Shown here: positions 19,582 through 29,600 of the stretch, piece after piece | Layout: each line of letters opens with the position of its first letter | Position numbering within the stretch: the stretch's first letter is position 1 | Source: Actinomycetota bacterium | GTDB taxonomy: Bacteria; Actinomycetota; Actinomycetes; JAKEEW01 | Reading direction: 5' to 3' | Assembly (NCBI GenBank): GCA_046725875.1 | Contig: JBKOZJ010000015.1 | Coordinates: 1-62,821 of the forward strand | DNA length: 62,821 nt | Notes under the pieces: generated by a model | The model's input: only the letters and a program-made list of their open reading frames with translations | What the model was told of the DNA's origin: nothing | Databases searched by the model: none | Position numbers and translations under genes: made by a program

Positions 19582-20304
19582 GTGGACACCGTCCTGAACG
19601 TGCCGACATCGGTCGGGGAGGCGCGCGCGATTGTCGCAGCCCCGGATGGCTCGCTGAAGGCGGTGCTCGTTCTTGGCCACGGCGCGAGCGGCGGGATCCA
19701 AGCGCCTGACCTGGCCGCGCTGGCACGCCACCTGCCGGGCCGGGGCGTCACTGTTGTACGAGTTGAGCAGCCGTGGCGGGTCGCGGGAAAGAAGGTGGCG
19801 CCGCGCCCGCCCGTACTCGACCAAGCCTGGCTGGAGATCCTCCCCGCACTTCGGGTCGTTCTCGATCTGGAGGCTGCCAGCCCCGCGCGTCGGCACTCGG
19901 CTCCTGCTCGGAGCCGGCCCGCCACGAGGCGGCGGGCCGGAGGCGCCCCTCGCCTGATCGTTGGCGGTCGCAGCGCCGGGGCCCGAGTGGCGTGCCGCAC
20001 CGCGCTTCGGACTGGCGCGGCCGGGGCTCTAGCGCTCAGCTTCCCGCTCCACCCACCGGGCCGGCCGGAACGCTCTCGGGCGGGCGAGCTGCTCGAGGCG
20101 GGCGTGCCGACCTTGGTCATTCAGGGCGAGCGGGATCCGTTCGGGCGACCGGAGGAGTTCCCTGAAGGACCGTACGACCTGGTGCCGGTGCCCGCTGCTG
20201 ACCATGGCCTCGCCGTACCCAAGAATGCCGCGGTCACCAGGGCGGAAGCCCTTGGTCTCGTGGTCACCAGTACCACCACTTGGATCAACGACATGCTGGA
20301 CTGA
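19582..20304 (+). CDS. Alpha/beta hydrolase (KANL3/Tex30-like)
   Basis: LGHGASGG, GGRSAGARVA, FPLHPPG, QGERDPFG, ADH. Confidence 0.88.
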   Translation: MDTVLNVPTSVGEARAIVAAPDGSLKAVLVLGHGASGGIQAPDLAALARHLPGRGVTVVRVEQPWRVAGKKVAPRPPVLDQAWLEILPALRVVLDLEAASPARRHSAPARSRPATRRRAGGAPRLIVGGRSAGARVACRTALRTGAAGALALSFPLHPPGRPERSRAGELLEAGVPTLVIQGERDPFGRPEEFPEGPYDLVPVPAADHGLAVPKNAAVTRAEALGLVVTSTTTWINDMLD

Positions 20305-20377
20305 TGCGGCGGAAACTGGCGGCGTGAACCAGTCCCGCGTGGCCGGCTCGGCTAGCCAGTGATCTCGGTAACGGCCG

Positions 20378-20403
20378 GGAATCACAGCGGCATTACGGCT
20401 GTT
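20378..20403 (+). promoter_or_regulatory. SigR/SigH-dependent autoregulatory promoter
   Basis: Exact GGAAT-N18-GTT consensus upstream of sigR. Confidence 0.85.
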
Positions 20404-20628
20404 GCGCACCACGAGGGCAGTTCCGCACCCAGATGTCGTACACCCAAACAAGGAGGCACCGAGCGCATGCTCGTTGACGGCGCGAGCCGGATCTCCCCGC
20501 TTGACCTGCCCGAGTGGCCGATCGGCGGCGGATCGGCGCACCGACTATCCTCCCGCTCCGGAATGGGTAAGCATGAACCCGTGGTCCGGCGCGGTAGCGT
20601 CGGTGGCGAGTCGGAGGAGGTGGGTCCG

Positions 20629-21225
20629 GTCGCCGAGACCACCGCGGAGCGCACGGCGAGGTTCGAGCGGGATGCGCTGCAGTATCTCGACCAGCTCTAC
20701 TCGGCTGCGCTGCGGATGACCCGCAATCCCGCCGACGCCGAGGACCTGGTCCAGGAGACATACGCGAGGGCCTACGCGTCGTTCCACCAGTTCCAGGAGG
20801 GCACGAACCTCAAGGCCTGGCTCTACCGGATCCTCACCAACACGTTCATCAACTCCTACCGGAAGCGGCAGCGGGAGCCGCAGCAGAGCGGCGCCGAGGA
20901 TGTCGAGGACTGGCAGCTTGCCCGCGCGGCGACGCACACCGCGACCGGCCTGAAGTCCGCCGAGGCGGAGGCGCTGGAGCATCTGCCGGACTCCGACGTG
21001 AAGGAAGCGCTGCAGAGCATTCCAGAGGAGTTCCGGATGGCGGTCTACCTCGCCGACGTCGAGGGCTTCGCGTACAAGGAGATCGCCGAGATCATGGGTA
21101 CGCCGATCGGTACGGTCATGTCGCGGTTGCACCGGGGACGCCGCCAGCTTCGGGAACTGCTCGAGGAATACGCTCGTGAGCGCGGCCTGGTGCCCGCGGA
21201 CGCAGGGAAGGATTCGGGCGCATGA
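20629..21225 (+). CDS. sigR: ECF sigma factor SigR/SigH (thiol-oxidative stress)
   Basis: [49 protein letters not shown]. Start proposed at GTC 20629; alternatives GTG 20620 and, for a long isoform, ATG 20467. Confidence 0.95.
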   Translation, partial: VAETTAERTARFERDALQYLDQLYSAALRMTRNPADAEDLVQETYARAYASFHQFQEGTNLKAWLYRILTNTFINSYRKRQREPQQSGAEDVEDWQLARAATHTATGLKSAEAEALEHLPDSDVKEALQSIPEEFRMAVYLADVEGFAYKEIAEIMGTPIGTVMSRLHRGRRQLRELLEEYARERGLVPADAGKDSGA

Positions 21226-21503
21226 GCTGCGGCAGGCCGCACGAGACCCCGTGTAGCGAGGTGCTCGACGCGGTGTTCGAGTATCTCGACCACGAGATGG
21301 CCGACCCTTATCGCCGGGCGAAGATCGAGCAACACCTCGACGAGTGTGGGCCCTGTCTGGAGAGGTACGGCCTCGAGAAGGTCGTGAAGGCACTGGTCCG
21401 GCGCAGCTGCGGCCACGACGAGGTGCCGGCGGAGCTACGCGGAAAGGTGCTCGCGAAGATCCGTGCCGTCCGTATCGAGATCGAGACTCGCGACGCGCTC
21501 TGA
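21222..21503 (+). CDS. rsrA: Zinc anti-sigma factor RsrA/RshA
   Basis: [18 protein letters not shown] (HxxxCxxC); ATGA coupled to sigR. Confidence 0.95.
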   Translation: MSCGRPHETPCSEVLDAVFEYLDHEMADPYRRAKIEQHLDECGPCLERYGLEKVVKALVRRSCGHDEVPAELRGKVLAKIRAVRIEIETRDAL

Positions 21504-21528
21504 TCAACATCGCGATGCGCTTTGATCA

Positions 21529-21564
21529 ACATCGTGCCGGGCTATCAATTTGCTCGGCACGATG
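21529..21564 (+). terminator. Probable intrinsic terminator after sigR-rsrA
   Basis: CATCGTGCCG...CGGCACGATG stem followed by ATTTCAATTTT; preceded by duplicated TGATCAACATCG. Confidence 0.55.
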
Positions 21565-21990
21565 ATTTCAATTTTGTCGCTTCCTTATTCACCAGCGGCT
21601 TTCTTCGTGCCCACCAGCCGTTCGGGTGAATTGCCACTCTTGGTATTCACTTGAATGCGACATGTACTTGTCAAGAGTCTCATTGTGCGCTTTGCTTGAT
21701 CAGAGGCCGTGACCTTGGATACGGAGGCTCCTGCGGCTCTGCATTTCGGGGTTACGGCGAAGAGCACAACACATCTGGTCCCGACTCCATCGTGGCCTGG
21801 CCAGCGGAAACGCCTGCACCCACACTCCGGGTGCCCGGATAGCCGGTCAATTGGATTATTATTTCCCGGCCTGGCATTAAATAACGCGGGAATTTGCTTA
21901 CGGAAAGTAGCCGTGACATAACTTGACGCTACCGTTAGCTCAACCTTTCACTTGTCCTGAAGGTCAAAATCGGCCGCTAAAAGGAGTCCC

Positions 21991-22056
21991 ATGAAACGTA
22001 TTAGGACCTTGGTCGAGCGCTTTCTCATGTCAAATGCGGAAACGCACTGGCGATGA
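21991..22056 (+). CDS. 21-aa micropeptide MKRIRTLVERFLMSNAETHWR
   Basis: AAAAGGAG SD directly upstream of ATG; below the ORF-track cutoff. Confidence 0.6.
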   Translation: MKRIRTLVERFLMSNAETHWR

Positions 22057-22101
22057 CCATTTGTCCCAAGTGGCCGTCAGCTGAGCCGAAGGAGGAAAGC
22101 A

Positions 22102-22131
22102 GTGGCGCCAACGCCGACTTGGAACTGGTGA
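22102..22131 (+). CDS. 9-aa micropeptide MAPTPTWNW
   Basis: AAGGAGG SD (22089-95) 6 nt upstream of GTG; TGA at 22129-31. Confidence 0.5.
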   Translation: MAPTPTWNW

Positions 22132-22259
22132 GTCCTGATTCGAGGGCAGGTCGGGCCTACTGAGCCGTAGTGCGTCGGATTCAGCAAGATCAACTGATGC
22201 GGTTTGTGCTCGTCGGCCCTATCCTCGGATCAATGCCCGGCCGGCCCTCAAGGAGCGAG

Positions 22260-23669
22260 ATGCGACGGCTTCCGTTGCTCGCTCGGATCTACATTGCAGC
22301 GACGTGGCTCGCGGCGCTAGCGATCTTCGCCGTGATCCCGTCGTTGGCTGTCGATTGGTGGACGTTGGGCACGCTTGCCGTCGCCTATCTTGCCGCTGAG
22401 GTGGCAGCGAGCATCAATCTTCGGCGCACTGTGACTGTGTCCGTCTCTTTCCCCCTTGCGCTCGCCGGTGTTCTTCTTCTTCCTCCGAGCGCGGCGGCCC
22501 TTGTTGTCGCGACCGTCGTGTTCGCTGATCCGCAGCATCGAAGGTCGTGGACAAAACGGCTCTTCAACGGGGCGATGCAAGCATGCTGTGCGGCCGCGGC
22601 TGGAACGGTCTACCAACTCACCGGTGGCGGGCACGAGATCGCGAGCGGAGATTCCCTCTTCCTTCCACAGGCGTTGCTCGCAGCCATCACCTACTGTCTC
22701 GTGAACGGCTTGCTGCTGGCGGGAGTCCTGAGGACGGCGGAGGGCCTATCGCTGCCATCGGTTTGGCGGTCGATGCTCTCCAGCTCCATCGCAGGCTACC
22801 TCGGCTATGGGCTCGTGGGCGTGATCATCGCTGCCCTCTGGCATGCTGAGGGCGGCCGCGTTACCGCGCTCCTGGTCCTGTTGCCCTTGTACGTCGCACG
22901 GTGGGTGTTCGCCCAGTATGCGGAGGAGCGCGAGGCTCACGAGGCATCGGTACGCGCCCTCGTCCAAGCTGTCGAAACAAAGGACCACTACACGCGGGGT
23001 CATAGCGAGCGCGTCTCTCGGGCGTCTGTCATGATCGCAGAGCAGCTGGATCTAAGCGAGGATCGGACGGAGGCGCTCCGACTCGCCGGAATGCTTCACG
23101 ACTTGGGCAAGCTCAGTGTCCCTACCCGCTTGCTGCAGAAGTCCGGACCACTCACCGAAGCCGAATACGAAGCGATTCAACTCCACCCGGTTCGGGGCGT
23201 GGAGGTCGTCCGCGGGATCGAGTTCCTCCGGGAGGCATACAACGGAATCCTTCACCACCACGAGCGGTTCGATGGGCGTGGATACCCGCACGGGTTGGCT
23301 GGTCATCGCATCCCGGAGTTCGCCCGGGTGATCGCCGCGGCAGACGCGTTCGACTGCATGACTTCCACCCGCGCGTACCGGAGTGCTCGCAGCATCGACG
23401 AAGCCCTTGCCGAGCTTCGGCGTTGCGCCGGCGCCCAGTTCGATCCGGAGATGGTTCGAGCGCTCGAGAAAGCCGTCGGGACGAAGGGCTGGGATCCCGC
23501 GCTGGCGCCGGCGGCGACAGAGGTTCTCGATTTGCTGTCCGCGCAGTTCGACCACGACGACCCGACTGTCCAGGTGCCTTTGATTCGCGATGGTCAGCCG
23601 ACGGCGGTCGAGCCGACAGTGCGGATCGGTCCGCGTCAAGGGCGTGACCCCGGCGAGGAGTCGCAGTGA
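22260..23669 (+). CDS. Multi-TM HD-GYP c-di-GMP phosphodiesterase (HdgA-like)
   Basis: Hydrophobic N-half; KDHYTRGHSERV, LHDLGK, HHHERFDGRGYP, ADAFD..TSTRAYR; AAGGAG SD before ATG 22260. Confidence 0.92.
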   Translation: MRRLPLLARIYIAATWLAALAIFAVIPSLAVDWWTLGTLAVAYLAAEVAASINLRRTVTVSVSFPLALAGVLLLPPSAAALVVATVVFADPQHRRSWTKRLFNGAMQACCAAAAGTVYQLTGGGHEIASGDSLFLPQALLAAITYCLVNGLLLAGVLRTAEGLSLPSVWRSMLSSSIAGYLGYGLVGVIIAALWHAEGGRVTALLVLLPLYVARWVFAQYAEEREAHEASVRALVQAVETKDHYTRGHSERVSRASVMIAEQLDLSEDRTEALRLAGMLHDLGKLSVPTRLLQKSGPLTEAEYEAIQLHPVRGVEVVRGIEFLREAYNGILHHHERFDGRGYPHGLAGHRIPEFARVIAAADAFDCMTSTRAYRSARSIDEALAELRRCAGAQFDPEMVRALEKAVGTKGWDPALAPAATEVLDLLSAQFDHDDPTVQVPLIRDGQPTAVEPTVRIGPRQGRDPGEESQ

Positions 23670-24949
23670 GCGCAGCGGCTCCAATTGTCAATCGGGTGCA
23701 GCCATCCATCGCGCCGGTGCTGGTCGCCGCGGCGGGTGTATTTGTCACGACGGCGGTTGCGGTTACCGCCGCGGGCGGCCTTATCCAGCCATCGATCGCG
23801 GTTGCATTTGGGCTGATGATCGCCATCGGCGAGCTCGTGCGCATAACACTGCCTGGCGAGCGTGAGACGGCCCCGATTGGTGCTGCTGGCGCTCTCGCCT
23901 ATGCGCTCCTTCCGGCGATCGGCACGCAAACAGCCGAGCACGGTGCACTTCAGGTGGTTGCGGTGACCGCGGCCGGGATGGCACTCGGACTGCTACCCCA
24001 CGCCCTCGCTGGTCGCTCGCCCAGCATCGACTACCCGGCGCGCCGGATCCTCACGGTCGGCTTTGCTGCGTTGCTTTTCAGGCCGATCTACGTGGATCTC
24101 CCTCCTGCGGTGCTGGTCCGAGGCGTTGCTCTTACCGCATTCGTCGTCGTCGTTGCCGTGCTCGCAACCTTTGCCGATGCGTTGCTCGCCGCGGCCATGC
24201 GCCGCAGCCGGCTCGGAACCCCGCTCGGCCCAGCCTTCCAAAATGAACTACGGGCGCTGGCTGGCATCAGCTCGGCGATCGGTGCGACCGGCATCCTCGT
24301 CGCCCTTGCCACCGGCGTTATGGGATTGTGGGCGATTCCGGTTCTGTCCGTGCCGCTCCTGCTCGCCCAATTCTCCTTCCGCAGGTACTCGTCCATCCGA
24401 TCTACATACCTGCAGACCATCCGCGCCCTGGCGCGCGTGACCGAGCTTGGCGGCTACACCGAGACGGGCCACGCCGAACGCGTCGCCCGACTCGCCACGG
24501 CTGTCGGCAAGGAACTCGGCATCAGCGACGCCGAGCTTTACGACCTCGAGTACGCGGCCCTGATGCATGACATCGGCCAGCTCTCGCTAACGGATCCGAT
24601 TCCGGGAGGCGTAACTGTGATCCTCCCCGATTCCGAGCAGCGCCGCATCGCGCGGCTTGGTGCTGAAGTCATCCGGCAGGCGAAGGCGCTCGACTCGGTC
24701 GCCTACATCGTCGAGCGGCATGCGGACACCTATCGCGGACCTGACGGCGAACCAGATCCGACGCTGCCGTTGGCGAGCCGCATCATCCGAGTCGTCAACG
24801 CCTACGACGACCTGGCCAGCAACGTAGCCGACCCCGCTGGCCGAGCTCGCGTTCTCGAGCGGTTGCGGATGAGTGCCGTGTTCGAGCTCGACCCACATGT
24901 CGTCGAATCTCTGACGCGGATCCTTGACCGCACAGTGGTGTACGTCTGA
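23666..24949 (+). CDS. Multi-TM degenerate HD-GYP protein (HdgB-like)
   Basis: GHAERV and MHDIGQ present; HHE/GYP motif absent; GTGA coupled to previous gene. Confidence 0.88.
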   Translation: MSAAAPIVNRVQPSIAPVLVAAAGVFVTTAVAVTAAGGLIQPSIAVAFGLMIAIGELVRITLPGERETAPIGAAGALAYALLPAIGTQTAEHGALQVVAVTAAGMALGLLPHALAGRSPSIDYPARRILTVGFAALLFRPIYVDLPPAVLVRGVALTAFVVVVAVLATFADALLAAAMRRSRLGTPLGPAFQNELRALAGISSAIGATGILVALATGVMGLWAIPVLSVPLLLAQFSFRRYSSIRSTYLQTIRALARVTELGGYTETGHAERVARLATAVGKELGISDAELYDLEYAALMHDIGQLSLTDPIPGGVTVILPDSEQRRIARLGAEVIRQAKALDSVAYIVERHADTYRGPDGEPDPTLPLASRIIRVVNAYDDLASNVADPAGRARVLERLRMSAVFELDPHVVESLTRILDRTVVYV

Positions 24950-24950
24950 C

Positions 24951-26291
24951 GTGTTCGAGTCCGTCCTGGTCGCAAACCGCGCCGAGATAGCCCGACGCAT
25001 CATGCGGACCGCCGCAGCCATGAACATCAAAACCGTCGCCGTCTACAGCGAGGCCGACGCAGCGCTGCCTTTCGTCCAAGAGGCGACTGAGGCGATCCTC
25101 CTCGGGCCCGCACCGCCAGCCCAGAGCTACCTCGATGTAGCGGCGATCCTCGAGGCCGCTGCGCAGAGCGGGGCGGAGGCGCTCCACCCCGGGTACGGGT
25201 TCCTAGCGGAGAACGCCGACTTTGCTCAGGCCGTACTCGAGGCAGGCCTCGTGTGGATCGGTCCGACGCCGGATGCGATCGCGCGGATGGGCGACAAGAT
25301 CGAGGCACGGAACCTGATGGCAGCCGCCGACGTACCGACCGCGCCCGGATCAACTGCACCGGTCGCGACGGTTGATGCCGCGGTCGAGGAGGCGGCCGCG
25401 ATCGGCTACCCCGTGATGGTTAAGGCCGCGGCGGGTGGCGGCGGGATCGGGATGGGAGCCGCACAGGATGCGGATGCGCTTCGCCAGGTGTTCGAGACCG
25501 CCCGTACCCGCGCTGAGCGGTTCTTCGCAAACCCCGCGATCCTTCTGGAACGGTTTGTTCCACGCGCACGGCACGTCGAGGTTCAGATCCTCGGGCTCGC
25601 CGATGGCGGGGTGGTGGCGCTGGGGGAGCGGGACTGCTCGGTGCAACGCCGGCACCAGAAGATTGTCGAGGAAACACCGTCCCCGGGCTTGCCTGAGGAT
25701 GTACGCGAGCGGATGCTTGCCGCGGCCGTCCGAGCCGGAGAGGCGGTGGAGTATCGCAACGCGGGCACTGTGGAATTCCTCGTCGATCTGGATCGACCGG
25801 GCAAGTTCTACTTCCTTGAGATGAACACCCGCCTGCAGGTCGAGCACCCGATCACCGAGCTGGTTACCGGGATCGATCTGGTCGAGCAGCAGTTCACTAT
25901 CGCCGCGGGCGAGCCGGTCAGCTTCGATCCGGACACGATAGCTCCTACCGGACACGCAATCGAGCTGCGTGTGTACGCCGAGGATCCCGTGCGGTTTCTC
26001 CCCGGGCCGGGGAAGATCACTGCCTGGCGCGAACCGTCCGGCGACGGCATCCGGGTGGATGCCGGCTATGCCGAGGGCACGGCGGTCACCCCTTTCTACG
26101 ACCCGCTCATGGCCAAGCTGTGCGCGTGGGGTCCGGATCGCATCACAGGCCTCGATCGGGCAGCCAGCGCGGTAGCCGAGTTCGTGATCGAGGGTCCGAA
26201 GGCTAACCTCCCCTTCTTCACGAAGCTCCTGGCGAACGAGGAGTTTCGCACGGGCTCCTACGACACGGGCATCATCTCGCGCGTCTCCTGA
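24951..26291 (+). CDS. Biotin carboxylase (stand-alone, acyl-CoA carboxylase alpha-like)
   Basis: ANRAEIA, HPGYGFLAEN, RDCSVQRRHQK, EMNTRLQVEHP. Confidence 0.93.
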   Translation: MFESVLVANRAEIARRIMRTAAAMNIKTVAVYSEADAALPFVQEATEAILLGPAPPAQSYLDVAAILEAAAQSGAEALHPGYGFLAENADFAQAVLEAGLVWIGPTPDAIARMGDKIEARNLMAAADVPTAPGSTAPVATVDAAVEEAAAIGYPVMVKAAAGGGGIGMGAAQDADALRQVFETARTRAERFFANPAILLERFVPRARHVEVQILGLADGGVVALGERDCSVQRRHQKIVEETPSPGLPEDVRERMLAAAVRAGEAVEYRNAGTVEFLVDLDRPGKFYFLEMNTRLQVEHPITELVTGIDLVEQQFTIAAGEPVSFDPDTIAPTGHAIELRVYAEDPVRFLPGPGKITAWREPSGDGIRVDAGYAEGTAVTPFYDPLMAKLCAWGPDRITGLDRAASAVAEFVIEGPKANLPFFTKLLANEEFRTGSYDTGIISRVS

Positions 26292-26419
26292 TCGTCGCCG
26301 GCCAACACAGGTCTCGTTGGCAAGGCGAGCGGGACCAGCCGCGGATGGCCGCAGGGTAGCTGCATGATTGGATGCGACCAGGCGGTGGGACGCTGGTGGT
26401 CACAGTGAAGGGAGCGGCG

Positions 26420-26635
26420 GTGGCCGAGGAGATCAGGGCCGAGATGGTGGCCAACGTCTGGAAGGTCGTCGCCTCTGAGGGCGACACGGTTGAGGACGGC
26501 GACACCATTGTCATCCTCGAGTCCATGAAGATGGAGATCCCGGTCGTCGCCGAGTCACCTGGCCGACTCACCCAGCTCAAGGTCTCCGAAGGCGACATCG
26601 TCCAAGAAGGCGACCTCATCGCCGTCATCGGCTGA
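26420..26635 (+). CDS. Small biotin carboxyl carrier protein (TB7.3-like)
   Basis: AEMVANVWKV and LESMKMEIPV biotinylation motif. Confidence 0.93.
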   Translation: MAEEIRAEMVANVWKVVASEGDTVEDGDTIVILESMKMEIPVVAESPGRLTQLKVSEGDIVQEGDLIAVIG

Positions 26636-29600
26636 TGGTGCTAGTAGAGGCGACCTTAGGCATTTCCTCTGCACCAGTTTGATCTCTCATGCTGTCGTCG
26701 GCCAGATGTGTCGAGGCGATCACCTGCCTCTCTGCTTTCATGTAGCTCTCTATTGTCTTCCGGCTCTGGGGCTCCTCCTCGGTAACGTCGATACCGAGCG
26801 ATCCGAGATACAGCCGGTTTATGAGGCCTCGCGGGGGATTGGGCAGGCCGGCCCAGACCTGACGTCCCAGATCGAAGAGGTTCTTATCTTGCTTGTCCTG
26901 TCCACGTTCCCTGGCGAGCCGGGACTGGGTGAAGAGCGCGATTGCCAGTCCATAGCTGTCTCCGGACTTCTCGATCACAGGACGCGCTGCCGCCAACAAC
27001 TTCTCTGCCTCATCAAGCCGCTTGGTTCGCACACATAGATCAGCTAGACAGGCTTCGACGGTGGCTCTCCGCCAGTGATCTTTCTCGCGGAGAAACTCAC
27101 CGCGCGCCGCCCCGAGATGCTGTTCGGCCTCCTCGAACAACCCCTCGAGTGTAAGCATCCGGCCGAGTTCGCGGAGTAGGTCGCCAAGTGCAGCGTTCGT
27201 TTGCTGTGCTTCCCGCAATGCCGCTCGGAGGGCCCATATCCCCGACTGCAGGTTTCGCGCGGCGAAACATCCAATCGAGTAGAGGACCTTCGCAGTTTCG
27301 AGTTTGTTGTCGGTTCGACGCGCGATCGCGAGTGCTCGGCGTAGTTCGAGGCGAGCGTCTGCAGCGGAACCGAGATTCGCGAGGCAACTTCCGAGCAGGC
27401 GGCGACCCTCGACCTCCAACTCCAAGTCCCCTAGCTGGTGGCGCACCTCCACAACTCGTTGCGCTATACCGACGGTTTCCCTCGGGCGATCTCGAAGGTC
27501 GAGCATGTGCCCAAGGCGCCGCAGCAAAGCCGCTTCGCCTTTAAGATCTCCCGCGTCCCGAACATGAGGGAGAACCTGGTTAATGAGCCGTACCTGCGAA
27601 TCGACGTCACCGTGGCGGTCAAGCTCATAGAGGGCTCGCTGGGCAAGGAGCCATCCGTGCAAGACATCTCCTTGAACTACCGCCCGCAGCGCCAAAGCCT
27701 GCATGAAAGACAGCTCGGTGGTAAGCAGAACCCGCGGCGCTCGCTGCGCCGAATCAGCGAGATTGTCCGGTGGCTTCCACAAGCCATCTGGAAGTCGATC
27801 AAGCGGCCACCTAGGCGGCATGGCACGGGCCGCTATGTCCGACGCCACGAGAAGCGCCCCGATCACGCGAGTTAGCCAAGCACGGCGATCGCCTTCGTCG
27901 TCGGAGTCGCTGAGTTCGGCCGCGACCAGTTGAACCAATGGGTGAAGGTGGTAGCGCACTTCACTACCTGGGGCGCTCGAAGCTTCAACCAGGTGGGCCT
28001 CGACGAGCGTGTCGAGGAGTTGATGGGCCTTCGCTGAACGATCGTCAGTCAGTGCATTGGCAACCCAGCTCGGGAAGTCGGGGGCGCGAAGCGCTCCCAG
28101 GAAGCGGAAGAGCCGCTGCTCTTCAGACATGAGGCGGTCATACGAGAGCTTGATGCTCGCCCGGACCTCGAGGTCGCCCATCTTCAGCCAGTCGAGACGG
28201 TTATGTTCGACGGCGAGGATGCGCTCCAGCTGGCTCACCGAGAGGTGGGGATGAGTCGCGAGGCGAGCGGCGACTATCCGGAGCGCCAGCGGGAGTCCGC
28301 CGCAGTGAGCGATAAGCGCGTCGGAGGCGGCCGGCTCGGCGCTTAGCCGTTCCCCTCCAGAGATGGCGGCAACCATGTCGCGTGCCTCTCCGCCGCCGAG
28401 CGGTTGGAGAGTGAGCCGGCGCAGGCCCTCGAGGCCGGGCAGGATGCCTCGGCTTGTCATCAGGAGTGCGGTACGCGATGTGCCGGGTAGGAGATGGCGG
28501 GCTTGCTCCTCGTCGAGGACGTCGTCGGCCAAGATGATGAGGGCACGGTCTGCTATCGCCGAACGGTATAGGTTGACCCGGTCGCTGATGGACTCCGGGA
28601 TGGCCGTACCGCGGAAGCCGAGGCTGGTCAGGATGGTGCCGAGTGTGGCCTCGATCGCGACCGGGGTGCCGTTGGGTTGTCGTAGCCGGACGAACAGCTG
28701 CCCATGGGGAAAGTCGTGCGTCGCATGGTGGGCGGTGTGGAGGGCAAGCGCGGTCTTGCCGATACCCGCCGGGCCAGAGATGAGAATCCAGCGCGATCCG
28801 GGGCTGTGGAGGAGAGCGAGCAGGGTGTCCCGCTCGGCCGTACGACCGGTGAAGTCGGGTACCGTGGGCGGGAGCATGCGTGGGATCACCGGAGTTGCTG
28901 CCGTACCTCCAGGAGCGAGAACCGGTGCTTCCGCGGAGCCATCGAGTATCCGTTTGTGCATCTCGCGCAGCGTTGCGCCAGGCTCGACGCCCAGTTCCGA
29001 AACGAACAGTCTGCGCGCCGACCGGTAGACCCCAAGGGCATCCGCCGTTCGTCCGCAACGATGTAGCGCGGTCATCAGCTGCAGTCGAAGGCGCTCGTCG
29101 AGCGGCTGCTCGGCGACAAGCTGCGACAGTTCGCCGATCAGCTCCGTGCACCGACCACATGCCAGGTCGGCATCGATTCGGTCGGCGAGGGCCGCATCGT
29201 GCTCCTGCCTCATGGCGTGTGCGAGCCGCCGTATCTCGGGCAGGGCGATGTCCGCGTACGGCTCCTCATCATGCCACCGTGAAAGCCCACGGCGAAATAC
29301 AGAGGCAGCCTCGCTGGCTTTGGCCGCACTGAGCAGGGCGCGCCCCTTCTCGACATCTTCGAGAAACGAGTGATAGTCGATGGATTCCTTGGGAAGGGCA
29401 ATCATGTAGCCCGGCGCATGAGTTCGCAGGACGCCCCTTGCCAGCGCTCGGGCCTCAAGGACGCGTCTAAGCATTGAGACGTAATGCTGGACCTGCACGA
29501 TCGCCGAAGCGGTTGGCTTGTTCTGCCAAAGCGCATCGACCAAGTGATCTACCGATACCACTCGCCCGATATGTGCTAGGAGGATCGCCAGAACGGCGCG

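Noticed and set aside
20561..20586. Second GGAAT as an additional SigR promoter
   Set aside because: N18 is followed by GGT, not GTT.
21991..22056. Possible ribosomal protein bL37, often found after rsrA/rshA
   Set aside because: Lacks the K/R-rich ...ANHGKRPN signature.
22102..22131. WNW motif recalls darobactin-type RiPP cores
   Set aside because: No radical-SAM maturase, P450 or transporter nearby (BioB is the only rSAM in the window) and the peptide has almost no leader.
22053..22163. 36-aa ORF MTICPKW... coupled by ATGA to the first micropeptide
   Set aside because: No SD of its own and no recognisable pattern; the internal AAGGAGG points to GTG 22102 instead.
22060..22170. Possible c-di-GMP or c-di-AMP riboswitch upstream of the HD-GYP genes
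   Set aside because: Could not match the consensus elements by eye; needs an Infernal scan.
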